Below, piece after piece: positions 40,160 to 53,488 of a stretch of DNA of 64,000 nt. The notes beneath the pieces are model-generated. The model did not search any database. It was not told where the DNA came from and saw nothing but the letters and a program-made list of their open reading frames with translations. Positions within the stretch are counted from its first letter, which is position 1. Each line of letters starts with the position of its first letter. Made by a program: the position numbers and the translations under genes. This DNA is from Camelus dromedarius (Eukaryota): positions 94,800,001 to 94,864,000 of the forward strand of contig NC_087436.1 of NCBI RefSeq assembly GCF_036321535.1, read 5' to 3'.

Positions 40160-41150
40160 TTCTGGTGTCATATCTAAGAAACCACGACTTAATCCAAGGT
40201 TATGAATATATATACTTCTGTTTTCTTTTAGGCGTTTTATAGTTTTACCTTTTACATTTAGGACTTTGATCCATTTTAAGTTAATTTTTGTATATGGTGT
40301 GAAGTAGAGGTCCAAGTTTATTTTTTTGTACTGGATCTCCAGTTGTTACTACACCATTTGCAGACTGTTCTTTTCCCATTGAATTATCTTGGCTTCATTG
40401 TCAAAAATCCGTTGACTGCAAATGTGAGGGTCTTTTTTTTTTTTTTTTAACGCTTAATTCTGTTCCATTGATCTGTTTACCCTAGTGCCAGTAACACTTT
40501 TTATTACTGTAGCTTTATGGTGAGCTTTGAAATTGGTAAATGTGTCCTCCAACTTTGTTTTTTTTCAAGATTGTTTTCCCTGTTCTTGGTCCCTTGAATT
40601 CCCATAAGAATTTTAGAATCAGCAAAGAAGCTAACTGGAATTTTGATAGGGATTGTGTTGAATCTGTTAGTCAATTTGAGGAGTATTGCCATCTTAACAA
40701 CATAATATCTTCTGATCCATGAACATGGGCTATCTTTTATTTGTTTAGGTCTTCCTTAATTTCTTTGAGGAATGTTGTATAGTTTTCAGAGTGTGGGTTT
40801 TACACTTAAGTTTATTCTTAAGTATTTTGTTCTTTTTGATGATACTTTAAATGGAATTATTTTCTTAATTTCACTTTTGGATTGTTCATTGCACGATATA
40901 GAAATACAGTTGGTTTCAGCGTATTGATCTTGTATCATGCAACGTTGCAGAACTCATGTAGAGTTCTAATAGTTTTTTAGTGGATTTCGTAAGCTTTTCT
41001 CTATTTAAGATTATTTCATCTGCAAATAGAGATAGTTTTACTTCTTCCTGTCCAATCTAGTTGCCTCTTAAATTTTTGCCTAATTGGTTTTTTGGTCACA
41101 GTGCTGTGTAGGAGTGGCAAGAGTGGATCTTTCTCCTGATCTTATGGGAA
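40160..41150 (-). mobile_element. L1 ORF2 fragment (L1M)
   Basis: Minus-strand translation MAILLKLTNRFNTIPIKIP..FF resembles L1 ORF2p. Heavily decayed. Confidence 0.87.
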
Positions 41151-44100
41151 AGCATTACAAGAAGTTACTTTTTGTTTTTTAAGTACAAGGCCTTAATATA
41201 ATTTTAACCATTTTAAAATTATTTCATAATTTGTCTTCGCTGTGCTGCTATCAATATACAACTTAAGTCAGATATATAATTTTGCCTTTTAGTGGTTTTC
41301 AAGGTAAATGATTTTTACATTTAAATAGATTTTGTAAAGTGTGTTGATAATCAATTTCTGCTTGTGGATTTGGTGGATGATTTAAAGACATTAATCAAAA
41401 ATGTATTTCTTTGTTACTTTCAAAATAGAGAAGTAAAGCCAAAACAGTATTTTGGCAACCACTCCACAGTACTTATTTTGCATAAAATCTGTTCTCTTCA
41501 AAGTAAGTGAACACAGTGGCATGATTTGCTTTCTCTTCACATTTTTGGTAGACGAATATAACTTGTTTGTTGGTTGAACCCATCAACAGTGGAAAAAAGT
41601 AATTAGAGTGGTTTGGTTATACTTCAGAATAAATATATATCAGCTTCTGTACTTTGACCTTTTAACTTTAAATAGCTTATTTCTGTGCAGGTTTAGGAGT
41701 ATTTATTGCAAAAAGATTTTTTTTTCATCTCTAACTCTACTAGTAGATTTATAACCAACCTAGTTGGAAACTTCTAAAAATACATGATTTTTTTTGAGTA
41801 CTTGGTGGGGTCTTTGTCTTGACTTAAGTATATTAAAATTGCATTTGGGCTGCCTGATAGACAGTGCTTCTCTCTAATAATGTTGTAGCATTTTTATTTA
41901 CATCTTAGGGTAGGAGAGGGCAAAAGATCTTTTTGCTTACATTTAAAAGCATCTTAAATTTCAAAACTTTTACTAGAAAATGTCTTGTTGGTATTCTCAG
42001 TTTTTTCGTTTGTGAATTGAAGTTAAAGAACGTCATACACTTGTTATGTGGATCTAAGTAGTTAGTTTTTTAAAGTCCTTAAATAATTGTCTGGCACAGA
42101 GTAAAGCTTATCTAAGAGTTTGTTAAAGAAATAAATGAAACCCTAAGTCAAGGTATTGGCAATAGAAATAGAGGGAAAAGGACAGCAGTATTTGGGAGGT
42201 TAGGTTAGGTGGGATGATTAGACAAGAGGGTTGGAATGAGGAGGAGAGAGTGCCCATTCTTCTGTTTTGCATGAATGGTGATGCTATGCATTGAAGTGGG
42301 AAATAAAGGGAGAGAAGCCAGTCCTAAAAGAATATGAGCTTAGTTTTGGACCTTATGAGTTGGAGGCACTCTTGGGGCATTTGGGTAGAGGTGTATATGG
42401 CAGACTGTTGGCTACACTGATATGGAACTGGGAGGTCTAGAGTGTAGGCAAGATTTAGGAGGTATCAGTGTGTTTATAGGTGGTACTGACATTGAGATGG
42501 GTGTGAGTTAGCTTGCGTAGTGTGAGTATGTGGATCAGCAGGTTTTAACTTAGCGTTCATGGAGAGCCATTAATCAGCTTCAGGGAAAAGCCCCAAAGAA
42601 GAAAAAGTATTGTACTTAAAGTGAAAGTATTTTGCTTTTTGTAGCTACAATATTGTAATATGACAAGGGAGTACCATATTATAAAAGGCCAACTTTAGTA
42701 ATTTACCTCTAAAATAATACAGTGTTGATTTAATACCCACTTAAAATTTCTTAAAATAAAGAATAATAGGTAAGATCATGGCAAAAAAATTAATCTCAAT
42801 TAAATTAAAACACAATGTTTAAAAACAAATCTACTATGAATTTCATTTTCTGTAATCAAGAACCTCTGTTTCTGAGCCCAGATGTGAAGGAATGACCATT
42901 CATGTGGTCAGCCAGTATTAATTAAGCATCTACTTATCTGACATGTTGACCTGAACTTGAGATGCAGTGATGAGTAAGGTAGACAAGCTTGCTGTGTGGA
43001 CTTACAGCAGTGTGTACCAGCTCAGATTTCTATGACTGTGAAAAGTATCTCCTGCTATTCATTTTGGGACCCATTTCAGGTGTTTCTTCTTTGTAAACTG
43101 TCCCTGAAGGCTCCCTGTGTTGGGTGCTCCTGGTGCTTTTACAGTTTGGTGATTAGCTGTGTCTTAGCACTGTTTTGTATTTAATTTTGTATATACTAAT
43201 TTGTCTCCCAAGTAGCTTCATAAGGGCATTTTCAATTTGTGTCCTAAGTCCCTGGCACAGTGCCTGCCTGTAATCACACAAGGATCAGATGTATCAGGAA
43301 TAATGAGAAGGGAAACACCGCGTGGCTAGTTGTAGGGTATGGCTACTTTTGCGTAGATCCTTAAACAGGAAAACTCTGAGGGGGCGGTCATGGTCAAGTG
43401 GAGAACTGTGAAAGGGATTTGGAGTCAGTGGACCAGGTTCCGTTCTGGTGTGCCGCCTTTTATGCTCACAGGAATCCTGTGAGGCAAGTGGCATCCTGGG
43501 GAAACTAAGGGCCAGAGAAGTTAAGTAATTCATTCCAAGTGTCCGGTAGTAAATGGCAAAACTGACAAAAAGTTGTATTTGTCTGACTTAATTCCACTTA
43601 CCTATAAACTGGAGATGAATCATTCTATTTGCCTTATTTACCTCAAAGAATCATCGAAGATAAAATCTATGTCCCAGTAGTCCTATAAGTAAAAGCATGA
43701 AAAACTTACGTGTTGTTCTTAACTATGCTTTAAATTTGTTTCAACTTTTATGTGATTTTTGCCTAAATCTTTTGCTATATTTGAACTGACTTGTTCAATG
43801 AGTAACTATTTAAAAAGAAAGAAGAGTTAATTACTATTTTCTCTTGATTTCCCCAAATAAAACTATCTTTTTTTTTTGCCATTTCTTTTAGAAATGAAAT
43901 TACTGGGACAAAGGGTATGCACATTTAAACTTTTGATAAATATTATTGGATTGTTTTGGAAAGGTTATACCAGTTTTTACTTTTATTAGCAGTGTAGTGT
44001 ATAAGCATCTGTTTGCCCACATCTTTGACAAATCTGGGCATTATCAATCTTTTAACACTTAGAGAAAAATAATCAAGTTTTAATTTATCTCCTTGTATTT

Positions 44101-45034
44101 GTGAAGTTGAGCATCTTTTATTCCGTCTATTGGTTATTTGTGTTTCTTTTAATTTTCCTACTAATAGCTTTTATTTGCTTTTCCACCGGGTTATCTTTGG
44201 TTGATTTGTGGGAGACCTTTTATATATAACATGTTGTAGATACTTTCAAGTTAGTTGCTTATATTTTAATTTTGCTTATGGCATCTTTTATTTTTATGTA
44301 GCCAGATGTGTCTTTCTTTATGGATGGTTTCTAGCCTTGATGTTCTACTCAAAAGGACTTTCCTTTTAATGATAAAAGTAAATTTAAAAATGTGTTCCTT
44401 TTTCTATTCATATACTCACCAAGAATTCTGTGCAGGTAAGAGTGATGTTCAGATCCATTGTTTGGGAGTTTGATTAGTCACTAGGCTTGTACTTCATTTC
44501 ATGAACTCTTTAAAGATCTGGAATACCAGACAGGGAATGTTAGTTGAAGAGTAAGATGAAGTCACACTATAAATTAATGTCAAATTGGTGACCTTTGCCT
44601 CTTAGATGTTTATACACCAGATGGCTGCTCACATTGGAGATAATCCCTAAAAAGGTGTAAGTAGAATGACTTCCATTCTGATGAAAATTCTTTTCCAAAA
44701 GTTTAGATTTTTACTATGTACTAAGTTAGATCAGGTTGCTGTAATTTCTTTAATTATTCTGCTGCCGTCAGACTATAAGGGCATAGGGAGTGGGAGTGTA
44801 GGGTAGAATAAAGGGAAAGGAAAAGAAATGGGGTGTGAATACTTAGGAAGAATTACTTAGGAAGGAAGGGTTGCAACAGTGCTGAGGATTGGCACTATGT
44901 ACAGACAAATCAGCAAGCTCGACGTTAAACCAACAGTTCCACTTCCTGAATTGTTTTGTTTTCTTTCTCTTTGCGGTTTTAAGCATTTGTGGTTCTAACA
45001 CAGATGGAAAACCACCACCAACTTTAACCTGATT

Positions 45035-45124
45035 TTTTTTTAAAATGAAGGTTTTGGGGATTGAACCCAGGACCTTGTGCTTGCTAAGCATGCACTCTAC
45101 CACTGAGCTATACCCACTCCCCTC
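45035..45124 (-). mobile_element. tRNA-derived SINE (Vic-1-like)
   Basis: Reverse complement GGGTATAGCTCAGTGGTAGAGTGCATGCTTAGCAAGCACAAGGTCCTGGGTTCAATCCCC. TSD AACCTGATT at 45026-45034 and 45125-45133. Confidence 0.9.
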
Positions 45125-46844
45125 AACCTGATTATTAATATTCAGTTTTGGTATATCCATGGTGCATGTGTGCTGTGTGTGTGTGTGTGTGTTTGTGTTT
45201 GTTTAAAAAGTCACCACTGTTTGAGTGAATACTCACTTGGTAATTTTAAAAGTGAAACTCCAATATGAAACTCTCATTTCCTCCAGAAGCAATAAAGTGA
45301 GTAGTTGTCAGCCCCAAACTCAATTCTTTGCAAATTATATGGAAGGCAATGGCTTTCTGGCCTTCTTTATCATCTATCATTTCTTTAGCACCTGACACAA
45401 ATGTCTCAGGTTTATAGCTGAGGTATCCATTCTGCAAATGGTGTAATTTTAAGATGGATTTGTGACTTTTCTATATTAAGAAATTTACAAAAGAGGGTAC
45501 AAAACCAGGGAAGTCTGTAACCTTTCAAAAAAAATTTAATGTAGATATTTATCTATTTTGCTTATTGGCTTAACCACAAAGCTATTTGTGTGTGTGTTGG
45601 TGTGTTTGCATAACACACTTGTTTGGGGTTTTTGACATTTTTCAGAGTATGACAATTACTGCCAGGTTCTAGGAAAAATTGTTAATTTTCTTACATTTCA
45701 CAGAGTACTTTTAACAGGCGTTTTCCTCACCACAATAAAGAGAGAGAGATTGAAACATGTAAACAGGATTGAAAACTCAGTTTTATAACCATTAAGAATA
45801 AGAAATGGGAAAACGGTGCAACTGGCTTTTGAATCCAGTTCTTTGAAATTCAGATCCTAAATTCTCACTATTCTCTCTGTTCCTTATACCCTTGCCTGTG
45901 AGCAGAGATCACTGTAAATGGGTTATGTTTCAGTGACATGAAGGGTTAATAGTTCATTAATGAGGGGGGAGGGAAGCTTTTTACTGAACCAAAATTGTGA
46001 TAGATGCGTAATTAATCCATAAACTGTAGGGAATATTAGTCTAACTTTACTGATGAGAAAACAGATTAAATTAACTTGCCCAAAGTCACATAGCTAGAAA
46101 CCACTAGAGCAGAGATTTGTGCCAGGGATTTCTTATTCTAAGGTCTGTTCCCTTTCCTCTACACCATAGTTTTTTCACAGTTTAAATCTAAAAGGGTAGG
46201 GAAGATTATGTATGCAAAGAGTAAGAAAGGTGAGTGATTTTAATTGTAAATTACATCACAAATGTTTCAATATGATTAATTTGATTCTACTGTTTAACAC
46301 AGGGGATAGAGTAATTGAAGAAAATATTGTAATCATCAAAATTGTTTTCTTTGGGATTTGGAAAAATCATATACAAGAAAATAATTTCAAGGTTCTTTGT
46401 TATTAAGATCTTAAATGATCAGGGTTATGAGAGTTATTGTTCTCCCAAACTAGAGTAGAACTCCCAGGGGCAAGGATTATATTCTTCATCTTTTATTTTT
46501 TCCCCTACTGTGCCTGAAGTAATGGGGTATGTGCATGCATGGTCAATAAATACTTGTTACTTGCCTTTTTAGTAATTGTGCTATTGTTAACAAAAATTTC
46601 ACTTATTTTTGCCCAATTTCTGAGAATTAATATTACTTTTCATTAGGCACATTATTTCTGACTCAGATAATTCTGTCAGTTAACTTTTGCATATAGAAAG
46701 AATGCTGCTGCACACATGGAACTATCTCACTGAATAAATACTGAGGGTAGACCAGTGTGTGTGTAGAGTTGTTCCTTTTTACAATTGAAACTAGAATTTT
46801 GTGCAGTTAATGTTTGTGTGTGCATCTCTTGTTTTTGCTTTTAG

Positions 46845-46970
46845 GATATTCGGAAATTCTTTGGGGTTGTACCAAGTGGAAAGAAACTTGTAAGTGAAAC
46901 AGTAAAGAAGAATGAGAAAAAGTCTGCTGAAGAAACTTTAAAAGCAAAGAGAGGAATAAAGGAAATCAAG
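46845..46970 (+). CDS. RFC1: Replication factor C subunit 1 exon 2 (126 nt)
   Basis: ttttag|GATATTCGGAAATTC...GAAATCAAG|gtcagt, translating DIRKFFGVVPSGKKLVSETVKKNEKKSAEETLKAKRGIKEIK. Includes the N-terminal PIP-box-like MDIRKFF motif. Confidence 0.95.
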
Positions 46971-47419
46971 GTCAGTTTTCCAGATACGATACTGAATTGT
47001 ATAAAAGGTTAAATAAACTCAGTTCTGAGATTTGATATATTGGGAGCCTTGAGTAATAGTAAATATAGATTTCAACTCATTTATTAGCAGAGGAAGAAGA
47101 AAAGTAATAAGGTATTAGTTATTTCTAGTTAACATGGCTTTACTTCATTCATAGCTTGTATTTTCCTGAAGTAGTGGTGGAACCCTTTTTAGTTGTTACA
47201 GCTTTGCATTTTAAGACCAAAGTTTGCTCATAGAGACATGAGTCCCAGATGAATGGTATCGGACTTCAGGTGAAGGAAGGCTTTGGAGGAAAGTTTTATT
47301 CTTTTCCCTGTCCTCCTTGGGCTTCAGAGAAGTTAAGATATGTCACTATGAAAAGCACAGGCAATGGCTGCAATAATGTATCTGAGTTACACTTTGTGTA
47401 AAATATAAGAGTTTTGCAA

Positions 47420-48482
47420 CTACAGATCGGTTTACCACTGCCCCATCCTTTATGCCCTAGTTGGCCATATGTATTACATCTGCTTATGTTAATACTTCAC
47501 ATTCAGTGTAATAATTATTGCTCTAAACTGACATGTATTTTAAAGAAATTAAAAGAGAAAAATGATCTTTTATATTTAATCATGTGCTTGCCATTTCTGG
47601 TGATTTTCATTTCTTATTGAAGATCTGAATTTCCATCTAATGTTATTTCCTTTAAACCTGAAGAATTTTCTTAAGCATTTCTTGTAGGATAGGTCTGTTG
47701 GCAATGAATTCTGTTAAGTTTTTGTCTTTGTTTTACTTTCACTCTTGAAGGTTACTTTTGCTGGATATGGAATTTTTGGATTGACATTTTTTTGTTTCAG
47801 CACTTTAAAGATGTTCTACTGTGTTTTGGTCTCCATTTTTTCTGATGAGATGTTAGCAGTTATTCATATTGTTTTTTGTTTTTGTTTTTTGTATTTAATG
47901 CATTGTTTTTCTCATGCTGCTTTGAAAGACTGTCTTTTTATCTTTGGGTTTTAACTTTACCTATGGTGTAGCTGGGTGTGGTTTTCTTGTGTTTATACTT
48001 TGTAGGGTTTCTGAGGTTCTTGAGCCTGTAAATCTGTATCTTTCTTCAGATTTGGGATCTCTTTGCCATTGTTTCTTCAAATACATATATCTGCCCCATT
48101 CTCTCTCTCCTCTTCTTCTGTCATTCCAATTATATACATATTAGGATTTTGTAATTGCATCACAGATCATTGAGGCTTATTCATTTTGTTCTTTTTTTCC
48201 TCTGTACTTCAGATTGGGATAATTTCTCTATTATTATCTTCAGGTTCGTTGACTCTTCTGTCGTGTCCAATTTGCTGTTAAACCTACATAGTAAATATTT
48301 TAAATATTAAAATTTTCAATTTTAGACTCTCCATTTGGTTCCTTTTCATGGTTTTTAATTTCTTTCCTTTATGTTCATAAGTGTAGCTATAGTAGCTCCT
48401 TTAAATTTCTTGTTTGCTAATTTTAGTATTTGGGTTATATTAGGCTTGGTCTCAGTTAAGGCCTTTTATCTTGAGTCTATGG
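47420..48482 (-). mobile_element. Old L1M fragment, continuing at about 50767-51150 after an LTR-element insertion
   Basis: agcatttcttgtaggataggtctgttggcaatgaattct...gctggatatggaatttttgg: typical antisense L1M sequence. Confidence 0.7.
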
Positions 48483-48486
48483 CTTA

Positions 48487-50766
48487 TGTATTAGCTTGGG
48501 CTACCATAAAATACCATAGACTGGCTGGCTTAAGTAACAGAAATTTATTTTCTTATAGTTCTGAGATCTAGAAGTCTATGATTAGGATTCCAGCCAATTC
48601 ATTTTATAATGAGAGCTGTTTTTCTGGCATGCAGATGGCTGCCTTCTTGCTGTGTCCTCACAAGGTCTTTCCTTGGTGTGAGTGCATAGGGAGAGAGAGT
48701 GGTTAAGACACAGAGAGGGTGAGTGAGTGTGTGCATGTGTGTGCATGCAGATGAGCTTACTTGTCAGATCAAGGGTCATCCCTGTGACCTCATTTAATCT
48801 TAATTACCTCCGTAGAGACTCCATCTCCAAATACAGCCATAGTAGGAACTCAACATACGAATTTTGGGGGGATACAAGCATTCATTCTGTAACATTCTGC
48901 CAGTGGCCCCCTAAAATTCATGTCCTTGCATGCAAAATACATTCATTTCATTCTAACAGCCCCCAAAAGTCTTAACTCATTGCATCATCAGCTCTACACT
49001 CCAGAGATTTATCTAAAATTATCATGTAAATCAGATATGGGTGAAACTTGAGATATGATGCATCCTGAGGCAAAATTCTTCTCCAGCTGTGAACCTGTGA
49101 AACCAGACAACATATGTTTCCAAAGTACAATGGTAGGACAGGTATAGAATGTACATTCCCATTTCAAAAGGGAGAAATCAGGAGGAAGAAAGGGTAGCAG
49201 TGCCAAGCAAGTCTAAAATCTAGCAAGGCAAATTTTGTTTGATCTTAAAGCTTGAGAATATTCTTCTATAGCTTGATGCCCTGCCTTCTGGACCCACTGG
49301 GGTAGTGGTCCCACCTCCACAGCTCTTCAGGGTGGTCTTATCCCAAGGTTACTGGGTAGATGCTGTCTGATCTCTTGGAATAGGGGATGAGGCAGCTTTG
49401 ATCTTTCAATCTCCTTCAGGGTCTTTCTTTCCTATTCTTGGAGAATAGTGTAGGTTTGCAGCTGAATAACTCTGTTGTCCTATCCTGTAGAATCAAGAAG
49501 CTTGATAGCCTTCTTCATTTTGTCTGCTTCATTTCAAACTGGCAGTGTTTTTGCATGTATATCCCATAATCTCTTTATCAGCTGATAGTCCAACAAACTT
49601 TTAGTATTCTTTTCAGGACACACATTCTCATTTTTTGCAATGTAGACAGGTTGAGAATTTTCCAGATCTTTAAGTTTTGGTTCCTTTTTTGGTTAACCAT
49701 TCATCTCTCTCCTCATGGATTTTGCTAGAAGAGTCAGAAAGACCCAGGCTGCACCTTCCAACATTTTGCTTAGAAATCTCCTCAGCTAAATATCCAGTTT
49801 CATTGTTTACAGTTCTGTCTTTCAAAAAGCGCTAGAACACAAATTCAGCCAAGTTCTTTGCCATTTTATAACAAGGACTGCCTTTCCTCTAGTTTTCAAT
49901 AGCCTGTTCCTCATTTCTATCTGAAACCTTAACAGAATGACCTTTAATACTCATATTTCTACCAGTATTCTGTTTATGATGATACATGTATTCTCAAGAC
50001 AATAGCGGCTTTATACCTCTCATTTTTCTTCTTGAGACCTTGCTGAAATTGCCTATAACATCCAAATTTCTGCCAATAGTTTCTTTATAGCAGTCTAGAC
50101 CTTTTCTTTTCTTTTTTTTTTTTTTTTTAGCGTGTCCAATAGAACTCTTCCAGCCTCTACCATTACCCCGTTCCAAAGGTGCTTCCATATTTTAGGCATT
50201 TTTTACAGTTGCACTCCACTTTTCAATAACAAAATCTGTGTTGGTCAGGATTCTTCAGAGAAACAGAACCTGAAAAGAAATTTATTTTAAATAATCAACT
50301 CATGTGATTATGGAGTCTTAACAAGTCCCACGACCTACAGTTGGCAAGCTGGAGACGCATGATAGCTGATGGTGTAGTTCAAGTCTGAGTCTGAAGGCCT
50401 GTGAACAGGAGACCAGGAGAGCCAATGATGTGGTTCCAGTCTGAAAGCTAGTAGACTTGAGTCCCAGGAAGAGCTGATGTTTTAGTTCTGGTCTGAAGGC
50501 AAGAAAAACTGATGTCCTAGCTTCAAGGCAATCATGAAGGAGGAATCCTCTTATTTGGGAGAGGTTCAGCCTTTTGTTCTCTTCAGGCCTTCAACTTGTT
50601 TGATGAAGCCCACTCTTAACAGGGAGTGCAGTCTGCTTTACTCAGTTTGATTTAAATGTTAACGTCATACAAAAACACCTTCACAGAAACACGCAGAGTA
50701 ATGCTTGATGAAATATTTGGGCGCCTTGTTGCCCAGTCAAATTGACACATAAAATTAACCATCACA
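48487..50766 (-). mobile_element. MaLR/ERVL-type LTR element: LTR (about 48487-48893), internal region, LTR (about 50237-50766)
   Basis: Termini tgtattag... and ...aaattgacacataaaattaaccatcaca (TGTGATGGTTAATTTTATGTGTCAA on the minus strand). The internal part resembles MLT-int. Confidence 0.75.
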
Positions 50767-51659
50767 GGTCACATTTCCTGTTTCTCTGTATGTTTGGTTA
50801 TTTTGGATTTACCTTGGAGAGTGTGAATTTTACAGTGTAGGAACTTTGGATTCTGTTATATTCCTCCAAAGGGTGTTAAATCTTTTGGTTTAGCAGGCAA
50901 TTAACTTGGCTGAACTCAAACTCCAAACTCTTGTCCATCCTATGATGGGCAGCAATGGGCATAGTTGTTTAACTTTTTTAACTTTATCTGGGTATTTGGA
51001 GTTGTTCTGTGCTTATGTAGTTCAGGAGACAGCCACAAATTTGGGTTAAGTTTATTGACAGAATTTGGGACTCCCATTCTGTGGCTCTCTCCTTTCTGGG
51101 ATACCGTCTTCTACTTTTGAATTACTGTGGTTGTTTCTAATTTTGTCCTTTGGTCTGGTGATATTTGAATTATAATGGTTTATTCATTTCATTTTCTTCC
51201 AAGCTACTTAATTGTGCTTACGTTTTTGAAGTTTCATTATAATGGATAGAAACATAGTTCTCCCTTATAATTGATTTTATTTCTTTCTGTCTGCTTTCTT
51301 GATGCTTTTTTGGAAAATTTGAATACATTAGAAATGTGATGTATGACTGCAAAATATTAGTAGTACTTAATAAGTATGTTAGAAATGTGATACATAACTG
51401 AAAATATAAACATTAACACCTCTTTTTGCCTTGGTTTTATTTAGCTTTCCACCAGGCATTGGGTAGTGGTAGGCCCACAGATCCTTAGCTTTTATTTCTG
51501 TCTCTATCTTTCATTTTCAGTAAATTCTTGCCTTCTAATCGCTGACATACTTTTATTCTGTGTTACATATAGATTAGTAATGAAAATGGAGCTGAATAAT
51601 AGTACAGCTTTTTCTACAGTTCTTTCTTTCCCATCTGATGTGATTATTATCTGGCCAAT

Positions 51660-52535
51660 CTTTTTCCCCCAGTTTTATTGAGAAATAATAGACACGCTTG
51701 ATTGTTTAAGTTTGAAGTGTACAGCATGATGGTTTGATTTACACATATTATGAAATGATTACCACAAAAGAAAAGAAAGAAAAAATTTCTCCTTGTGCTA
51801 AGAACTGTTAGGATCCACTCTTTTAACTTTCCTATATATCATACAGCAGTGTTAACTGTAGTCTTCATGTTGTACATTACATCCCTAGCACTTATTTATC
51901 TTAAAACCGGAAGTCTGTACCTTTTGACCACCTTCCTCCAGTTCCCCTGACCTCCTGCCTCTGGTAACCACAGATCTGATCTCTTTTTCTATGAGTTTGG
52001 TTATGAGGTTTTTTTTGTTTGTGTTTTGTTTTTTTAAAAGATTTGACATACAAGTGAGATATATAGTATTTGTCTTTCTCTGCCTGACTTATTTCACTTA
52101 GCATAATACTTTCAAGTTCTATCCATGTTGTTGCAAATGGTAGGATAACCTAATTTTTATGGCTAAATAGTATTCCATTATTATGGATCTATCTGTGATT
52201 GAGGTAGTACATACATATACCACAACTTCTTTATCCATTCATCCATTGATGGACACGTAGGTTGTTTTGGTGTCATGGCTATTGTAAATAATGCTGCTAT
52301 GAGCATGTGGGTGTGGATATCTTTTTAAGTTAGTGTTTTTGTTTCCTTTGGGTATATTCCCAAAAGTAGAATTGCTGGGTCATATGGTAGTTAGGTCTAT
52401 TTTTAATTTTGGGGGGAACCTCCATGCTGTTTTCATAGTGGCTGTACCAATTTACAATCTTACCGACAGTGCACAACGCTTCCCTTTTCTCCACATCCAC
52501 GCCAGTATTTGTCATCTCTTGTCTTTTTGATGATA
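51660..52535 (-). mobile_element. L1 (L1MA-like) 3' end
   Basis: Minus-strand translation MLSEISQAEKDKY, and attgtaaataatgctgctatgagcat...tttgggtatattcccaaaagtagaattgctgggtcatatgg. Confidence 0.88.
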
Positions 52536-52559
52536 AGTCTGGCCTTTTCTTTAGCCTAA

Positions 52560-52738
52560 TTAGGGCATTATTGACGTCTGGGGCTGGATAATTCTTAGTT
52601 GTTAAGGAGTGCCCTGTGCATTGTAGAATGTTTAGTAGCATCCCTAGTCTACCCATTATATGCTGGTAATAGCCCCACCCCAGTTATGACAAGCAAAAAT
52701 GTCTCCTGGGGGGCAGTGTTTCTCCAGCTGTGAACTAA
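52560..52738 (-). mobile_element. MER20-like MITE
   Basis: ggggctggataattctt...ctgtgcattgtagaatgtttagtagcatccct. Confidence 0.75.
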
Positions 52739-52794
52739 TAAGCCCAAATCTAATGAGGAAAAAATAGCTAAGTTATATGGACTTCTTCGTGTTC

Positions 52795-52905
52795 TTTTCT
52801 TTTTCTTTCTGTTTTTCTTTTTTTTTTTTTTCTTGGAGTATAGTCAGTTTACAATGTTATGTCAATTTCTGGTGTACAGTGTAATCGTTCAGTCTTACAT
52901 ACACA
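52795..52905 (-). mobile_element. Short L1 3' tail about 55 nt upstream of RFC1 exon 3
   Basis: T-rich tract plus gtatagtcagtttacaatgttatgtcaatttctggtgtacag, shared with the tails at about 7210 and 61555. Confidence 0.8.
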
Positions 52906-52958
52906 TTTCAGGGATCATTTCTATAGTTTATGTTCTAATTATACTGTAATGTTTATAG

Positions 52959-53034
52959 GTAAATAGTTCCTGTAAAGATGATGACTTCAGACAGAAGCAA
53001 CCAAACAAGAAAAAGAGGATCATTTATGATTCAG
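52959..53034 (+). CDS. RFC1: RFC1 exon 3 (76 nt)
   Basis: tttatag|GTAAATAGTTCC...TATGATTCAG|gtaata, translating VNSSCKDDDFRQKQPNKKKRIIYDS in frame with exon 2. Confidence 0.94.
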
Positions 53035-53488
53035 GTAATATTTCTTTTGAGGCGCTTTAAAGTTTTAAAAATTATTTTGTATCTGTTAGAACAATGTTTA
53101 CCAAACTGATGTTCTGAGACACACAGTTCTCTATGATGTTACTAGATGCTTTGAGAAGAGGGCTTTATGTTCCAATGAAGTTGAAAACAGTTTTATTACA
53201 CTACTGAATTTATCAGAGCCTAAATATGTTCATGTATTAAAGTTTTGTTCAGAAAGGGATATAGTATATATAGCATGTCTCAAACTTAATTTGAATATGG
53301 TATATTTATTTTTAAAAATACCTATTTTCTTTCAGCTGAGTTTCTTGAAAACTGAATTTTAAAATAGTGCCTTAAAATATTGCTTCAGAAACAAAGATCT
53401 AAAATTTAATTTTTATGCTTTTAATCTGGTCCTTTTCTGTTGCATTTAAAAAGAATCAAACACAATTAAAACACTTTCTTTGAATATG

